A DNA stretch of 61,099 nucleotides, filler included. It is 4 parts of 4 records of this genome, joined end to end, with 100 filler letters (N's around TTAATTAATTAA, not from the genome) between each part and the next. Parts side by side here need not be neighbours in the genome. Positions count along the whole stretch, not along the records: positions 1 to 24,424 come from SRR20825019_2255; positions 24,525 to 47,213 come from SRR20825019_2257; 2 more parts are not named here. One strand, 5' to 3'. A program made the translations under genes and the position numbers. The notes beneath the pieces are model-generated. The model did not search any database. It was not told the DNA's origin and worked only from the letters and a program-made list of their open reading frames with translations. Numbering within the stretch: the stretch's first letter is position 1; every line of letters starts with the position of its first letter. Shown piece after piece: positions 22,201-34,348 of the stretch.

Positions 22201-23790
22201 ACGCACAATATGTCTCCTCAGCAGTGGCCACCAGTTCCACAAGCTCATTTACGACTCAGTGGCCCAGAACATCAATGTCCTGCGGTATCTGGAGAAGTCA
22301 TCGACCGACATTGGACTCAGCAAGAACAAGGTAACCAAGGACTACCCATACACATATGCAGTCTGGTCGGAGCACAGCCAGAAATTCCTGAGGCGCCAGA
22401 CCGTGCTGACCCATCAATCCCTCGAGTACCCGTGGAACTATCTCGACGAGCTGCTGTGCGGTGAAGACCATGACCTCAACAGCCGCCTCAAGTACCTCCG
22501 AGTCAGGTTCGCCATCCTTCCACCCTTCACGCGGGAAGAGGGCCGCTCGGCGGAGACACGCAGCAAGGCAGTGGCAGCGTTCGAGAAGTTCAAAAACTCT
22601 CTCTTCTCCCGGAACAAAACATTCACTGCCGGCGGGACGATGGAGGTGGAGATGGAGGTGAGTTGTGGAGGCCGGGGGCCGAATGTGCCGCTGAGACAGC
22701 CCGCAGGGAATCGATGCCCCATCCAGCGAGCTCTTCCGCGGAAAGGCTCTGAAGCTCCAGAGCGACTCATTCGAGGCGGACCGGGTGGAGTGGATGGTAT
22801 GTTGTTCAGCGTGTGGGTCGCAGGCGTGCCCCCGTCTTAGTCCCTTCCCTTCAGTTCCTGCAGTACGGCGCGGCGTTCGTGCCGGCTTACTGCTACCACC
22901 TCGAGCTGCAGTGGCTTGTGTGCACTGGAAGCGTGGTCGTGGAGACGATTCAGATGATATTCCGCAAGGCGAAGCAGTGCGGGCTCTATGTGACTCAGAT
23001 CCCGGGAGAGGAGTCCCTCAGTGTGCCGAGCCCCAATCCATTTTACCAGGCCGTCCACTTGCCGGTTCCGAGCTTCTGCCACCTCCTGGTGCAGCACGTG
23101 AGTGTTCGCGTAGCTCGTTCGTCCCCGCGGTCTAACCCCGCCCAGGCTCTCCTCGAGAGATTTGACTTTGTGGTGGAATCGATCATTCAGAAGCGCGAGC
23201 GTTACACGAGAAGATACTACACCGGCATGAACTCTGCCAATGAGAGGTTGGTGGCGTTGCGAGTGTGGCGGCGTGACGCGGGGGTCCTGACGGCGCGTGC
23301 AGGTCCACGACTGCGTCTACCACCAAGGATGAAGAGTGCATTCGGATCAATGATCCATACATCAACCCGTTCCCAGGTGAGTGTGCCGGTGTCCCGCGGC
23401 CGGCGATGACGGCTGATGCGATCTCCAGAGCTACATCCGCATCAGAAGGAGCGGCTCGTTCACTACATCCACAGGAGCGGCCAGGCGTTTGTGCGGTTCA
23501 CCCGAAACGCCTCGTCGGGCGACAACGACGAGATCTACTGGTGAGTGCTCGGATATGCGTTGCGGTGCGGGCGCAGGCGACTGATGCCGTGCAGGTCCAC
23601 CAACCAGGTCTCCAACAGCAATGAGCAGGCGAGCCAGCTGCTCCCCGCGTTTACGTCCTACTGCCAGGCCGTGTGTGTTTGTGGCGGGCTGGTGAGTGAT
23701 CTTGTCGACTCGGTCATCTCCAGTCTGCCACCCGGGACGCCGCCACCGGCCCCGACCGCCGAGGACGATTTCTCCCACGCGTCAACATAG
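19252..23790 (+). CDS. DEPDC5: GATOR1/SEACIT subunit DEPDC5/IML1, multi-exon
   Basis: FKDQYISRSEMWR, VFRSRS..QMSREMWTFDSDGDLYFEKAV, LEAINLCLN..YLDRNLELTGQ, DWLSLCEPAILPLTTDYFP, ELICQRLAQDFQLV, YPWNYLD, YHLELQWLVCT and YIHRSGQAFV. Confidence 0.93.
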
Positions 23791-23987
23791 ACACGTAAGC
23801 CAGGTCCTCAGTGCACGTGTGGGCCCCTGGAGCCATGCCCGGGGCGAGGCACACCGCTTCCGTTCGGCACGGCCGAATCCCGGGCTTCTGGGGCGATCTC
23901 TATGGAGGCCGCGGCCGCCCCTCTGTCATCGCCGGCGTTCCCTCATTAAACAGCGGGAAGGCGTGCTACTGATACAGACCGGTTTAC

Positions 23988-24390
23988 TCACAGCTCATCC
24001 AGCTGCAGTTCGTTGGGAGCGCCGGTGTCGGCGCTCTTGGCTGCCATCCGCGAGCTGGTCATTGACTGGGCATCGGACGGGCGGCCTGGGTCGCTCGTGC
24101 TGGCGGCGGCCATGCGCTTCTCGACCTCCTTGTCGAGGTAGTGCTTCCATCCCTTGTACTTGCCGGGCCTCGCAAACACCTCCATGTAGAACCCGGCTGC
24201 GCCATCCCTGTCAGAACCGAACCCCCCCCCCCATCCCGGGCACTTTGGCACACTATACCTCCATTCCAAATGCAGATGATGAGCACTATGAGGAGAACTG
24301 TGATGTGGGCATAGTAGAACTTGTAGTACAGTACGACCGGCAGCATCGTGGCCATGGTATAGAAGAACTGCGATAAGCACACGGCCCGCT
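23988..24390 (-). CDS. 3' part of a glycerophosphocholine acyltransferase (GPC1/GPCAT, DUF2838), truncated by the contig end
   Basis: QFFYTMATMLP..YY..H..LIICIWNG(intron)AAGFYMEVFAR resembles the conserved WNGAxYYIEVF C-terminus of the GPC1 family. Confidence 0.65.
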
Positions 24391-24424
24391 CAGGAAAAAA
24401 AAAAAAAAAAAAAAAAAGAAAGAA

Positions 24425-24524
24425 NNNNNNNNNNNNNNNNNNNNNNNNNNNNNNNNNNNNNNNNNNNNTTAATTAATTAANNNNNNNNNNNNNNNNNNNN
24501 NNNNNNNNNNNNNNNNNNNNNNNN
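24425..24524. other. Artificial contig linker (N-run, TTAATTAATTAA six-frame stop, N-run)
   Basis: 100 nt long; the same structure occurs three times in the window. Confidence 0.97.
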
Positions 24525-25436
24525 CTCGGTTCCCTTCACAGCAGCAACCACCTTGGTCATCTCGATAGAAGGGTTGTCCTGCTCTGGAGCATCATGGGCA
24601 GCCATGGCAATATTAGACGTGGGCTTTTGCTTCTCAGGCCTGGAAGTCAACTTCACCGCGGATGGATTATCCTGCTTGGGGGCGTCACCATGCTTGGGGG
24701 CGTCACCATGTTCCACTTGATCACGAGAGCTTGTCTGGGATGTCTCCATGGTGCCCATCGGATCATCCGACCCCTCAGATGCGGGAGTTCCACTTGGAGC
24801 ATCACCCTCGCTAGAAATGCGCTTGACAGCCGCCGCATTATCATCAAGATTCCAATTCAGGTGGGCGCCGGAGTCGATAATCTGCACATGATTGACGGCC
24901 TCAGTCACAGCCTTTTGGGCTTCATCATCAGCGAAAAGGGGCAACTCTAGGCGCCCCGGGCCCGCTCCATCGTCGTGCAGTTCTTTCTCTTCCCTACGTC
25001 CTTCGGACATGGGTCGGTCCATGTAGTCTTCCGGGCCCCTAGCTGCGCCAGCTCCAGATGACGCCGTGTTATGTGCCGCTTGATGTACCGCTTCGGCAAC
25101 TTCAGGTTTCCTGCTCAGTGAGTTCACTACACGCACGTGGTCGTGGGCACCTGAGTCATCAAATAGTGGGAGCTGCTCCTCCGTCAGTTGATCCCCCTTA
25201 GATCCTTCGTTCGCTGGGACTGAAGAAGCACCATGTCCCTTACTAGACGAGACGGTGTGGAATTTTGCCAGCTCAGGATCACTAGCAGGGGCAGGCTTTG
25301 CAACCTTCTTTACCACCTTTGCGTCATTGTGATCACGATGAGCCTTCGCGTGAGGATCCTGACCTGGTGCGGGCTGTGCTGTCCATGCAGCACTGCATAG
25401 GCTGAGGACCAACAGCCCAATGATAAGGCACCTCAT
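24525..25436 (-). CDS. Putative secreted low-complexity protein with short internal repeats, 3' end lost at the contig edge
   Basis: Signal peptide MRCLIIGLLVLSLCSAAWTA, then a polar A/D/E/H/P-rich sequence with HGDAPK x2 and QDNPS x2. Confidence 0.65.
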
Positions 25437-26597
25437 CAAAGCCTTGCTTGCCTGCTGCACGTGATAAGCATCAGTTCACGAGAGTGCGCATATATCTAAA
25501 AGCAGACCAACTCCGGAGGGGACTGTAACCTATGATGGGAGTGAGAACCGTGACCACGCTGACTACCAACCTTCTTTCGCCGAGACGGTCTGTTGACCGG
25601 GCGGCCTCCTCGGCCCGCGGCCGGGCTGTGCTTGAGTGCGGCTGCACTGAGGCGGCGCTCCCCCCGGCCCACCCGCGGTCAGCATCATAGGCAAGAGGAC
25701 TGGTGCTCACTTGCCGCGCCACGCGAGTCCGCGAAGCCTGGGCCGCCCAGCGTCCGTTGCGCAGCAAGAGTCCGGCGCGTTGTCCGGCCGAGCCGTGACC
25801 CAGAGCCGGCGCGGCCGGGGGTCACGGCGTGGGGCCGGCAACGCTGTCCACGGTATGGCCAAAGGGCCACCGCCTGACAACAGGGGACACAGAGCCATCT
25901 TCTGCTCGCGGCCGGGTATCGGCGGGCCGCGGGCCCTGGGACCCGCCGGCCGCCGGCGGGTGGTCATCACTGTCTTGCTCGGGCCAGGTGCGGCCCGCAT
26001 CTCAGTCACTCAATGACACGGCCTACGCATTCCGCAAGCCGAGTCACTTTAGTTGACACATGTATCAATCTTAATTACGATGAATATGGATATAACGAAT
26101 GTAATGAAACGTTGTCACTCACTGGATGAGGACGGGGACGTCGACATCCTGAGTGCCGAGTGTGGGATGGGTCGGACATCGAAGAATGATCGACGTCAGT
26201 TGCTGTCATTGGTGCCACGATGCCCTCGAAAGCGGATAGGGCGCACGTGTTGGCCAACACCGTCGGTCGAGCATCGACCAGCCCTCGATTTCACTCGGAT
26301 CTGACTGTCTGTCATCAGTGTCGGACCATGCCGACGAGGACCTCGGCCTGAAGGGAGTGAGAGCTCATCTTGCATGGTAACTGAACTCGCCACATCCGTA
26401 GTGCAAACCACTCCCCGACTCAGCCACAAGCCCAGGCCTCCTTGAGGTCCGCCTTCTCATTGAGTACGCAGTACAACTGGCCTGAAGTCGGCCAGCCCAA
26501 CAAGGCTGGCATGGCATTTCCTCGCCACAAATCAAATTACGGTATATATGTGTCAGAGGGCAAAGCTATCTCAATACGCCACCCGTCTGTTATCAAT

Positions 26598-29240
26598 ATG
26601 TCCTTGTCACAGCCTGTCTTCTGTAAGAGTGTTCTCTCCGGAGACTCCCTAATTTTGTTGATTCCCACCCGTGGTGGACCTCCTGTGGAGAAGGTACTTC
26701 AGTTGTCCTCCCTTTCTGCTCCCCGTATGGGCTCCAAGAAGCAAGGGAACGAGAACGAGCCCTTCGCCTACGACTCTCGCGAGTTCTTGCGCCGCCTTGT
26801 TGTTGGCAAGCAGGTGAAGTACAGGACCGAACACACCAACCCAAACACCAAGCGTGAGTTTGGGTATGTGTACTTGTCCACCGGTGAAGTTGTCAACAAC
26901 GAGGTGGTTAGCAAGGGATGGGCAAAGGTGAAGTCTGGCGGTGCTGGTGGCGAGCTGGTCGACGAGCTGCTGCAGCTCGAGGCCCAAGCTCAGAGTGCTG
27001 GTCTCGGTGTGCATAACACTGATCCCGTGGCTTTGTCTGCTGCCCGGCGAGGCACCAAGGCTGCTGATGGTGACCACCAAGCTCTCTTTGAGAAGTTGAA
27101 GGGAAAGCCCCAACCGTGCGTGCTGGAGCATGTCCGCACTGGTTCAAACCTCAAAGTTGTTACACCCGACCTTACGGAGATCCAGCTTACTCTCGCAGGT
27201 GTTCAATGCCCCGGTTTTAAGCGCCAGGAAGCCCAGACTGCCGAAGTGGCGGAGCCTTTCGCTGCTGAGGCTAAGTACTTCACCGAGGTCCGCGTATTGC
27301 AGCGTGATGTGAACGTGCTCTTCGAGGGTGTTGACAAGTTCGGAAACTTCTTCGGCTCCGTGACCCTCGGCCAGGGGAACATTGGCGTGGAAATCCTTAA
27401 GGCTGGTTATGGCAAGATTGTGGACTGGAGCATCAGCAAGACCATCCATTCGGGTGCTCTGCGTCAGGCCGAAAACACTGCCAAGATGCAGCGTCTGAGG
27501 CTGTGGAAGGACTTTGTGCCTCCTGTTCAAACCCCAGCCAACCCTGCCCTGCAGATCGGCGCCGGCCAGAAGGAGTTCACTGCCAAGGTTATTCAGATTG
27601 TTAGTGGCGACACCATGGTTGTAATCGACCCTGTCGGTAACGAGCGCAGGATCACCCTCGCCTCGGTACGTGCCCCTCGCATCGGCAATGCTCGCAGCGA
27701 TGTGAAGGACGCCCCCTATGCTTCGGAGGCCCGCGAGTTCCTCCGCAGCAAGCTTATTGGCAAGAAGGTCACTGTTTCTATCGATTTCAAGCGGGCTGAT
27801 CAGAGCAACCCCGACATGATTCGTGAGTGCGCGACAGTGAAGATTGGCAGCACCAACTTCGCCGAGGAGTTGATCAAGAAGGGCTTTGCCACTGCTTTCA
27901 AGCATCGTCATGATGACAATGACCGTGCGTCTGAGTATGACGCCCTGGTTGCGGCCGAGGACTTTGCCACGCAGAACAAGCGTGGTCTCCACAGTGGCAC
28001 TGAGCCCCCTTCCGCCCGTGTGAACGATATTACTGGAAACCCCACTAAGGCAAAGCAGTTCCTTCCCTATCTCCAGCGTCTCGGCCGTGCCAGTGGTGTG
28101 ATTGAGTACGTCAGCAATGGTGCTCGTTTCAAGGTAACCATTCCTAAGGAGAGCTGCTTGATTTCCTTCTGCCTTTCTGGTGTGCGCTGCCCCCAGAGTG
28201 GTCGCAACGATACCGGTGAGGGCGGTGAGCCTTTCGGTAACGAGGCGTTGAGGTTTGCCCGCGAGAACTGCATGCAACACAATGTCGAGGTCGAAGTTGA
28301 GACTGTGGATAAGGGTGGAAACTTCCTTGGTTCCCTCTTTGTAAACAAGGAGAACTTTGCCGTGAAAATCCTTGAGCGTGGATATGGCAGCACCAACTTC
28401 AGTGCCGACCGGTCCACCTACGGCAACCAGCTATTCACTGCTGAGACTCTGGCTAAGACTTCTCGTATTGGCGTGTGGAAGGATTACGTCGAGCCTACTG
28501 AAGGGCCCTCGGAGGAGGAGCAGGCGGCGAAGCGCAAGAAGGAGCCTGAATACATCAAGGTACTGGTGACCGAAGTGCAGGCAGGTGGCGTCTTCTACAT
28601 CCAGGATGTCCAAGACAATGACAGGGCAACTGTGGAGGCGAAGATGGCAGGGCTTTCTCTGGCCAGCACCTCCGGCGTAGTTGACGCCAAGCGTGGTGCC
28701 ATCTGTGCCGCCCCTTTCGAGGGTGCCCTATACCGGGCGCGCATTGAGGAGATTTCAAAGGATGGCAAGGATGCGAAAGTGCACTTCATTGACTATGGCA
28801 ACAAGGATGTTGTGAAGGTTGGCGATCTTCGATCTCTTGATATGGGCCTTGTCAGTGTGCGCCCTATTGCACACGAGTGCAATCTTGCATTTGTTAAGTT
28901 CCCTAAGGAGGAGAATGAGTTCTATGAGGATGCTGCTCGTTACCTTATGGAGCTCGCTTTGAACAAGGAACTCATTGCACTTGTCGAGTCTCGCGAGGGC
29001 AGCAAGCTCATCTTGTCCCTTTACGACCAGGATCATCCCTTCAGCATCAATATGAAGATGTTGAAGGCTGGTTTGGCTACTGTCCAGAAGCGCCGCGAGC
29101 GGTACCTCCAGGATACAATTCGTGAGCTACAGGCTGTCCAGGACGAGGCCCGCAAGTCCAGGAGCAACATGTGGCAGTATGGTGACATCGATTCCGATGA
29201 TGAGGACGGACCCAAGAAGGGCGCGTGGGGCCGCAAGTAA
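26598..29240 (+). CDS. SND1: Tudor staphylococcal nuclease (Tudor-SN/p100), intronless
   Basis: Four SNase-like repeats (VLSGD, EPFA..SREFLR, IVSGD, EPFGNEAL) and a Tudor domain (YRARI..VHFIDYGN), ending MWQYGDIDSDD. Confidence 0.95.
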   Translation: MSLSQPVFCKSVLSGDSLILLIPTRGGPPVEKVLQLSSLSAPRMGSKKQGNENEPFAYDSREFLRRLVVGKQVKYRTEHTNPNTKREFGYVYLSTGEVVNNEVVSKGWAKVKSGGAGGELVDELLQLEAQAQSAGLGVHNTDPVALSAARRGTKAADGDHQALFEKLKGKPQPCVLEHVRTGSNLKVVTPDLTEIQLTLAGVQCPGFKRQEAQTAEVAEPFAAEAKYFTEVRVLQRDVNVLFEGVDKFGNFFGSVTLGQGNIGVEILKAGYGKIVDWSISKTIHSGALRQAENTAKMQRLRLWKDFVPPVQTPANPALQIGAGQKEFTAKVIQIVSGDTMVVIDPVGNERRITLASVRAPRIGNARSDVKDAPYASEAREFLRSKLIGKKVTVSIDFKRADQSNPDMIRECATVKIGSTNFAEELIKKGFATAFKHRHDDNDRASEYDALVAAEDFATQNKRGLHSGTEPPSARVNDITGNPTKAKQFLPYLQRLGRASGVIEYVSNGARFKVTIPKESCLISFCLSGVRCPQSGRNDTGEGGEPFGNEALRFARENCMQHNVEVEVETVDKGGNFLGSLFVNKENFAVKILERGYGSTNFSADRSTYGNQLFTAETLAKTSRIGVWKDYVEPTEGPSEEEQAAKRKKEPEYIKVLVTEVQAGGVFYIQDVQDNDRATVEAKMAGLSLASTSGVVDAKRGAICAAPFEGALYRARIEEISKDGKDAKVHFIDYGNKDVVKVGDLRSLDMGLVSVRPIAHECNLAFVKFPKEENEFYEDAARYLMELALNKELIALVESREGSKLILSLYDQDHPFSINMKMLKAGLATVQKRRERYLQDTIRELQAVQDEARKSRSNMWQYGDIDSDDEDGPKKGAWGRK

Positions 29241-29363
29241 TGCGCTCATTGTAGAGAGTAAATAACTAATGAACGCCCCGTCTGGGGCCATCCACCAACA
29301 TCTCAACGCAAGTTACTTTATAATAATATATACAAGGGTTGCAAATGCAGTCAGACTCCATTG

Positions 29364-31542
29364 TTAAGTGTAGATCCACACAACCAAGGGGATAGTAGCG
29401 ACCATCATGACAAGCTGCATCGGACCACCAAAGATAAGATAGTGCGAGAACCGGTAATTTCCCGGATTGAGCACCATCAGATTGGTTTGATACCCGATTG
29501 GAGTGGCGAAGGACGCCGATGCAGCGAACATAACAATATACAAGAATCCCTTATACGATTTGTCCACCTGCGCTGCAACGATATCCGCAATAGGCCACAC
29601 CAGGGTCACTGTAGCGTTGTTGCTAATGACACTTCCTAGGACCACCACAAGCACATATATTCCGGACATCTGCAAGAGATAATCCTTGCCCAACGCCTTC
29701 ACCAGACCGTCTGCCATGCTCTGCGCAATGCCAGTGGCCTTCATCGACTCTCCAATAGTGATTGTTGACGCAATCACAATAATCACGTTTCCCTTGACGG
29801 CCTTTAGTGCCTCGTCCACTGTCAAGCACTTGATCGCAATAAGAGCTCCGGCACAGAACGCCGCGGCGCAAAACAAGTCCAACTTTTCGAATGCCACAAC
29901 AATGACCATAACAATGAGCATGATAATGGATGCCCACAGTCGGAATATGTCCATTGCCTGATCATTCCGTGGTGGTTTGCTGTCTTCAACCTCAGAGATC
30001 AGAGCGAAATGGCGGGCATTACGATATGTCTGATAAAAGTTTGGGAAGGTCTCCACAAGGAGGGTATCCCCGACGGAAAATGTATGGTCCTTGATATCAT
30101 CTGCATGGCTACTGCCTTCCTCTGCCTGGCGCGACATTCTCCTAGCAATATCTCCTGACCGGACTGCCAATATGGCACCATTATACTCTGACCGGAACCT
30201 TGCTTCCCTGACCGTTTGGTTGACAAAGGAACAGTGCCGAGATATGACAACCTCGAACATACGCCGGTGCCTTCGGCGGGGACCAAGCTTGACGAGCTGG
30301 TTGTTCACGGGAACAAGGCCACGGAACTTGCGCAGGTCCCGAATACCGTTGGCTGTCGCTCCAAACCCTAAGATATCGCCGCTATGAAGCACGGTGCGGC
30401 GGTCCACGTCTTTGTAAGCCCCTTCCCTGTCGCATATGGAAAGAATAGATGCACCTTCTACCCTCATAAGACCTGTAGAGTCTACGGATTCCCTATGGAG
30501 GGAAGATCCAGTCTCAATGGTGAAAGTAATTTGGTACGCGTTCTCAGAAAGCTCTGAGTTGCTACTGCTGCTGCTGGATGGAAGGAGACAAGACGAAGCA
30601 ACAATCATATAAATCACGCCAACAACAAACAGAGGGATTCCGGCATAAGATAGCTCAAAAAAGCCAATTTTCAAGTCGTTATGATCCTTCTGAGCCAAAG
30701 TGATCGCCACAAGATTGGTGCTGCTCCCAATTAGAGTACACGTGCCGCCAAGCATTGAGACATAACTCTGCAAAGGGCACGTTAGCTCACTAAAACCACG
30801 GTCTTAATATATGCGAGGCACTCACCAGAGGGAGGAGTAGCTTGGAGGACGGGATACCAGAACGAGCTGACCACGACAATACCATAGGGATCATCATGGC
30901 AACAACTGGAGTGTTGTTCAAGAATGCCGACACAATACCAACAGGTATGAGCAGTCGGAGTTGCGCAGTCCATGTAAACCGCGGCGAACCAAGGACCATT
31001 CTCAGAAGTATTTCCATGCCACCGGACTCTTGCACTCCCCGCGCCACGATAAAGAGAACAGCAATAGCAAGCACGTTCTTGTCCGAATATCCTTGGAGGC
31101 CCACTTTTGGATCCACTACCTTGCAGGATATGAGAAGGACAGACGCACCAAAAAGGACTACCTCAGGAGGGTTATTGTCTACCAGCATAACAATGACAAA
31201 TACTAGAACAATGACCGTTATGTAGGCGTGGTATCGCTCACGGATATCCAGCCCAATCGCGAAGTGTGCAACCAAACTCAGTATAACACAAACGCACCAA
31301 AGGCAGGAATAGAGTAAATAACGGGATGAACAGAAGGCGAAAAAACGTGACTTTTTCTTCTTCCCTTGAAATTCGGTTTCGTCAACATCACTGAACTGTA
31401 CACGCCTAGCATTCTCAATATCATTCTCAGTGGACACTCCGAGTTCCACACTCTCGCGGCCAGTGGCATATTGAAATCTATTCCGAGGCTGCTCTGTTGA
31501 CCCTGCCGCAAAGTCTTCGAGGAGCGGCTCCTTGGAAGCCAT
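29364..31542 (-). CDS. SLC13-like / SLT (SAC1-like) anion permease with TrkA-C (RCK-C) domains, 2 exons
   Basis: SAFLNNTPVVAMMIP, PL(intron)SYVSMLGGTCTLIGSSTNL, central TrkA-C-like region (FRSEYNGAILAVR..GDTLLVE), and ASASFATPIGYQTNLMV. Confidence 0.88.
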
Positions 31543-32731
31543 CTCGAAACAATGTGGGCTTGCTGTCACAGAAACTGTAAACAGCTGGTATATATGGAGC
31601 TGCATAAAACCAAACCTGCAAGTTGCACAGCCAGTTCACCATCGCAGGCGGCACTCCGACAGTTGACCAGCACGTTGGAAGATGTCCGTTTGACCAGGAA
31701 CTGAAGGGGCCAGGCCGCGCGGGCCCGCCGGGCCGGCTGCCCACCCACCAGCACTCCGACCCCGCGGGCCCGAAGTTCATCGCGCCACCGCTGGAGGGCT
31801 CCGCCCCGGGCGGGCGCCGCGCCGGCAAGCCGCAAGATCGGGTACCCACCGGCACGCCCGGCACGGCCCCCTACTAGTAGGCCGGCCAGCCGGCCTGTGG
31901 ACCGGGACGGCCGGGCGTCAGCACGGGGGTCCGGCAGGCTGGCCTGGCCCGGCCGCCCGGGGCCTGACGCGGGGCGCCCGGCCAGCGCCCGGCGGGGGCC
32001 GCCCGGCCCCCGGCCCGGCCTGGCGAAGAGTGCCGAGGCGGTGGCGGGTCGGGCCGCTCCCCCTGCAGTGCGCGCACTGGCCAATTAGCCCATCTTCATG
32101 ACCCGGTCCGTCGCTCGCTACACTCCTACCAAAAGTGACCAAGCTTGCTGTCACTGCGGCACCGTGGTCCGCACACTGACAGTCACGCGTCGCCACCCCC
32201 GTGAGTGCCCCCGGCGGTGCCGGCGCAACGGCCGACCGCAGGCCGCCCGGCCCGCGACGGCCTCGGCCGGCCCGGCACTGGGCAGGCCGGGCCCGCACGG
32301 CGCTCATGCTCATCAGTGCCCTGATCGTGCAAGGTCGGTCCCTCAGCCAAATCAACAGTCCGCTCGATAATCATTGAATCAATTGATCAGTTGACAGTCG
32401 ACGGATTGCAACGCGTTGTGGACTTGGTCGAGCCGGAAGGCATTGCGAACGGATCGAATGGGCGGCCGCGCCGCGGGCCGGCAGCCGGGCCCGGGCCGGC
32501 CCCCCCGGGCCGGTGTGGGCCACACCCGTGCCGTCTCATGCCGCTGCCCCGCGGCGCCCCGGGGGCCCGGGCCCGGCCACCGCCGCTCGCGCCCGGGGCC
32601 CGTGAGTGCCGGCCGGGGCACTGGTGACCCTTGCTAGCACCCAGGTTTCGATCCGCCATTATGGCAGTGGTGGAAAGGGTTTAATGGTACATATACGTTG
32701 AGGATACCAAGTATGCAGAGGTTGTGCAGGG

Positions 32732-34262
32732 ATGGATATTTGTAATTCCGAGCCTCGCGTAGATGCTGCGTTGCTCTCTGCGGCGTTCCAGCGAGCTGGA
32801 AAAGTGAACGCACTGGTTGAGTCATTCTCTATCGATGAGGAAAGCATTATTCGTGGAAAGCACTCGATGGTACCGCTGGCGAGTTCGGCAGTCGACCTTT
32901 TGGCTAACTGCATTGAGCTTAGGTTGTTAGGTTAAACCTGAAGTACAGTGGTCCGCACGATGGCCTCCCTAAAAGTGTTTTAGTTAAGCGTGCTAAGGTT
33001 GCTGATCTTGAGGAAAGATCCACTGAAAAGTGGCATCGTGATATTACCAGTTACCGTTCTGAGGCATATTTCTTTGAAAAGCTGGCAGAGGGCCAAGAAG
33101 CGGCTGGTATTCGCGTGCCAAAGCCATATCACGTGCACAATGAATTCCACAAGGACGATATAAAGAAATCCTCTTTCCTTGTCGTTATGGAAGACCTGGT
33201 GGAATACCAACATCACCTCGTTATGAACGAGGATCACGCAAGGATATGCTTGAAGCATTTGGCAAAAGTGCATGCGTTTTATTGGGAAAGCCCCGAACTT
33301 GCCGACGTCCGTCAGAATATGTGGCCCGGTGGTGCTTTTTGGACATTGGAAAAGAGAGCTGATGTAGGGGATAATACATCTATATATATTTCCTTGGTCT
33401 GATGTGAATGCCTTAATAGGGAGAGCACCAGAAACTCCAGTCGGAATGGGAGAAATTTGTATTATCCTTTGAGAAGGAGGATCCCGAATTCTTCGGAAAG
33501 GATTCAGTGAAAGCGATGGGATCTAGGTTAGTGAAGTTTGTTGATGTTGTCTCCGCGAAAATGGTGCCACCCGCTGATGGCAAGTGGGGTACCCTTGTCC
33601 ACGGTGATTTCAAGACTGCAAATATATTCTTCCCGAGGCAGGCACAGATTGACGCAGGGGTTGTGAATGATATTGCGTGCATTGACTGGCAGTGGAGTGG
33701 TGCAGGGTAGGTGAATGCGCAAGGAAGCGAATATAAGGTGCTAATGTTGGAGCAGACTCGGTATATTGGATGTCATGTATCTGATCCAGTCATCTTTTTC
33801 TATGGAGGTAATGGCGACATGAATCACTGGAAGTGTTTAACGAGGATACCCCCCAGACCATGGAGAACGAAGATGCCCTCCTGGAGGAATACCATGACAT
33901 GCTAATGAATGAGCTTTCTTCTAGAGGAAAGTCATCAAATGGCTACACCTATGAGGAGATGATGAAGTGCGTTTGGCATGTCGAATATTGCTTCGAAACA
34001 CTAACTTGAATCAGGCTATACAAGTACGCCACTGTGGACTATCTACGTGTTGTGATTGTGTACATGTGGGGCAATGTTAGCCCCGAGAGCTGTATCAAGA
34101 ACGCAAACTCGGTATGAAACCTCCTGACTGAAAGCTTGTGGTCTTATACTATATGTACAGGTGAACAGGTGCTCTCATAATCGGTCAATCCCGCACGCCC
34201 TGGCCCTGGCAAAACGTTGCGATACTCTCCTTTGCCAACTAGAGTCCAATGGGAACTTCTAA
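32732..34262 (+). CDS. EcKL / APH-choline-kinase-like small-molecule phosphotransferase, multi-exon; start uncertain
   Basis: LVVMEDL, LAKVHAFYW, Brenner motif TLVHGDFKTANIFF, and IDWQWSGAG..DVMYLI; several short GT-AG introns. Confidence 0.8.
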
Positions 34263-34348
34263 CAATACCGAATTCGAACCTATGCACAAATAGTAGTACA
34301 CGTGCCTTCATTACTCAATAGCAGCAGATCCCATCCCCATCAGCTTCA

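Noticed and set aside
24395-24424. Poly(A) run as a retroposon tail
   Set aside because: It reads as a poly(T) tract just before an AG acceptor of the minus-strand GPC1-like gene and probably explains the assembly break.
24469-24480. TTAATTAATTAA palindrome (also at 47258 and 53504) as a biological motif
   Set aside because: It is identical each time and centred in 100-nt N spacers: a synthetic six-frame-stop linker.
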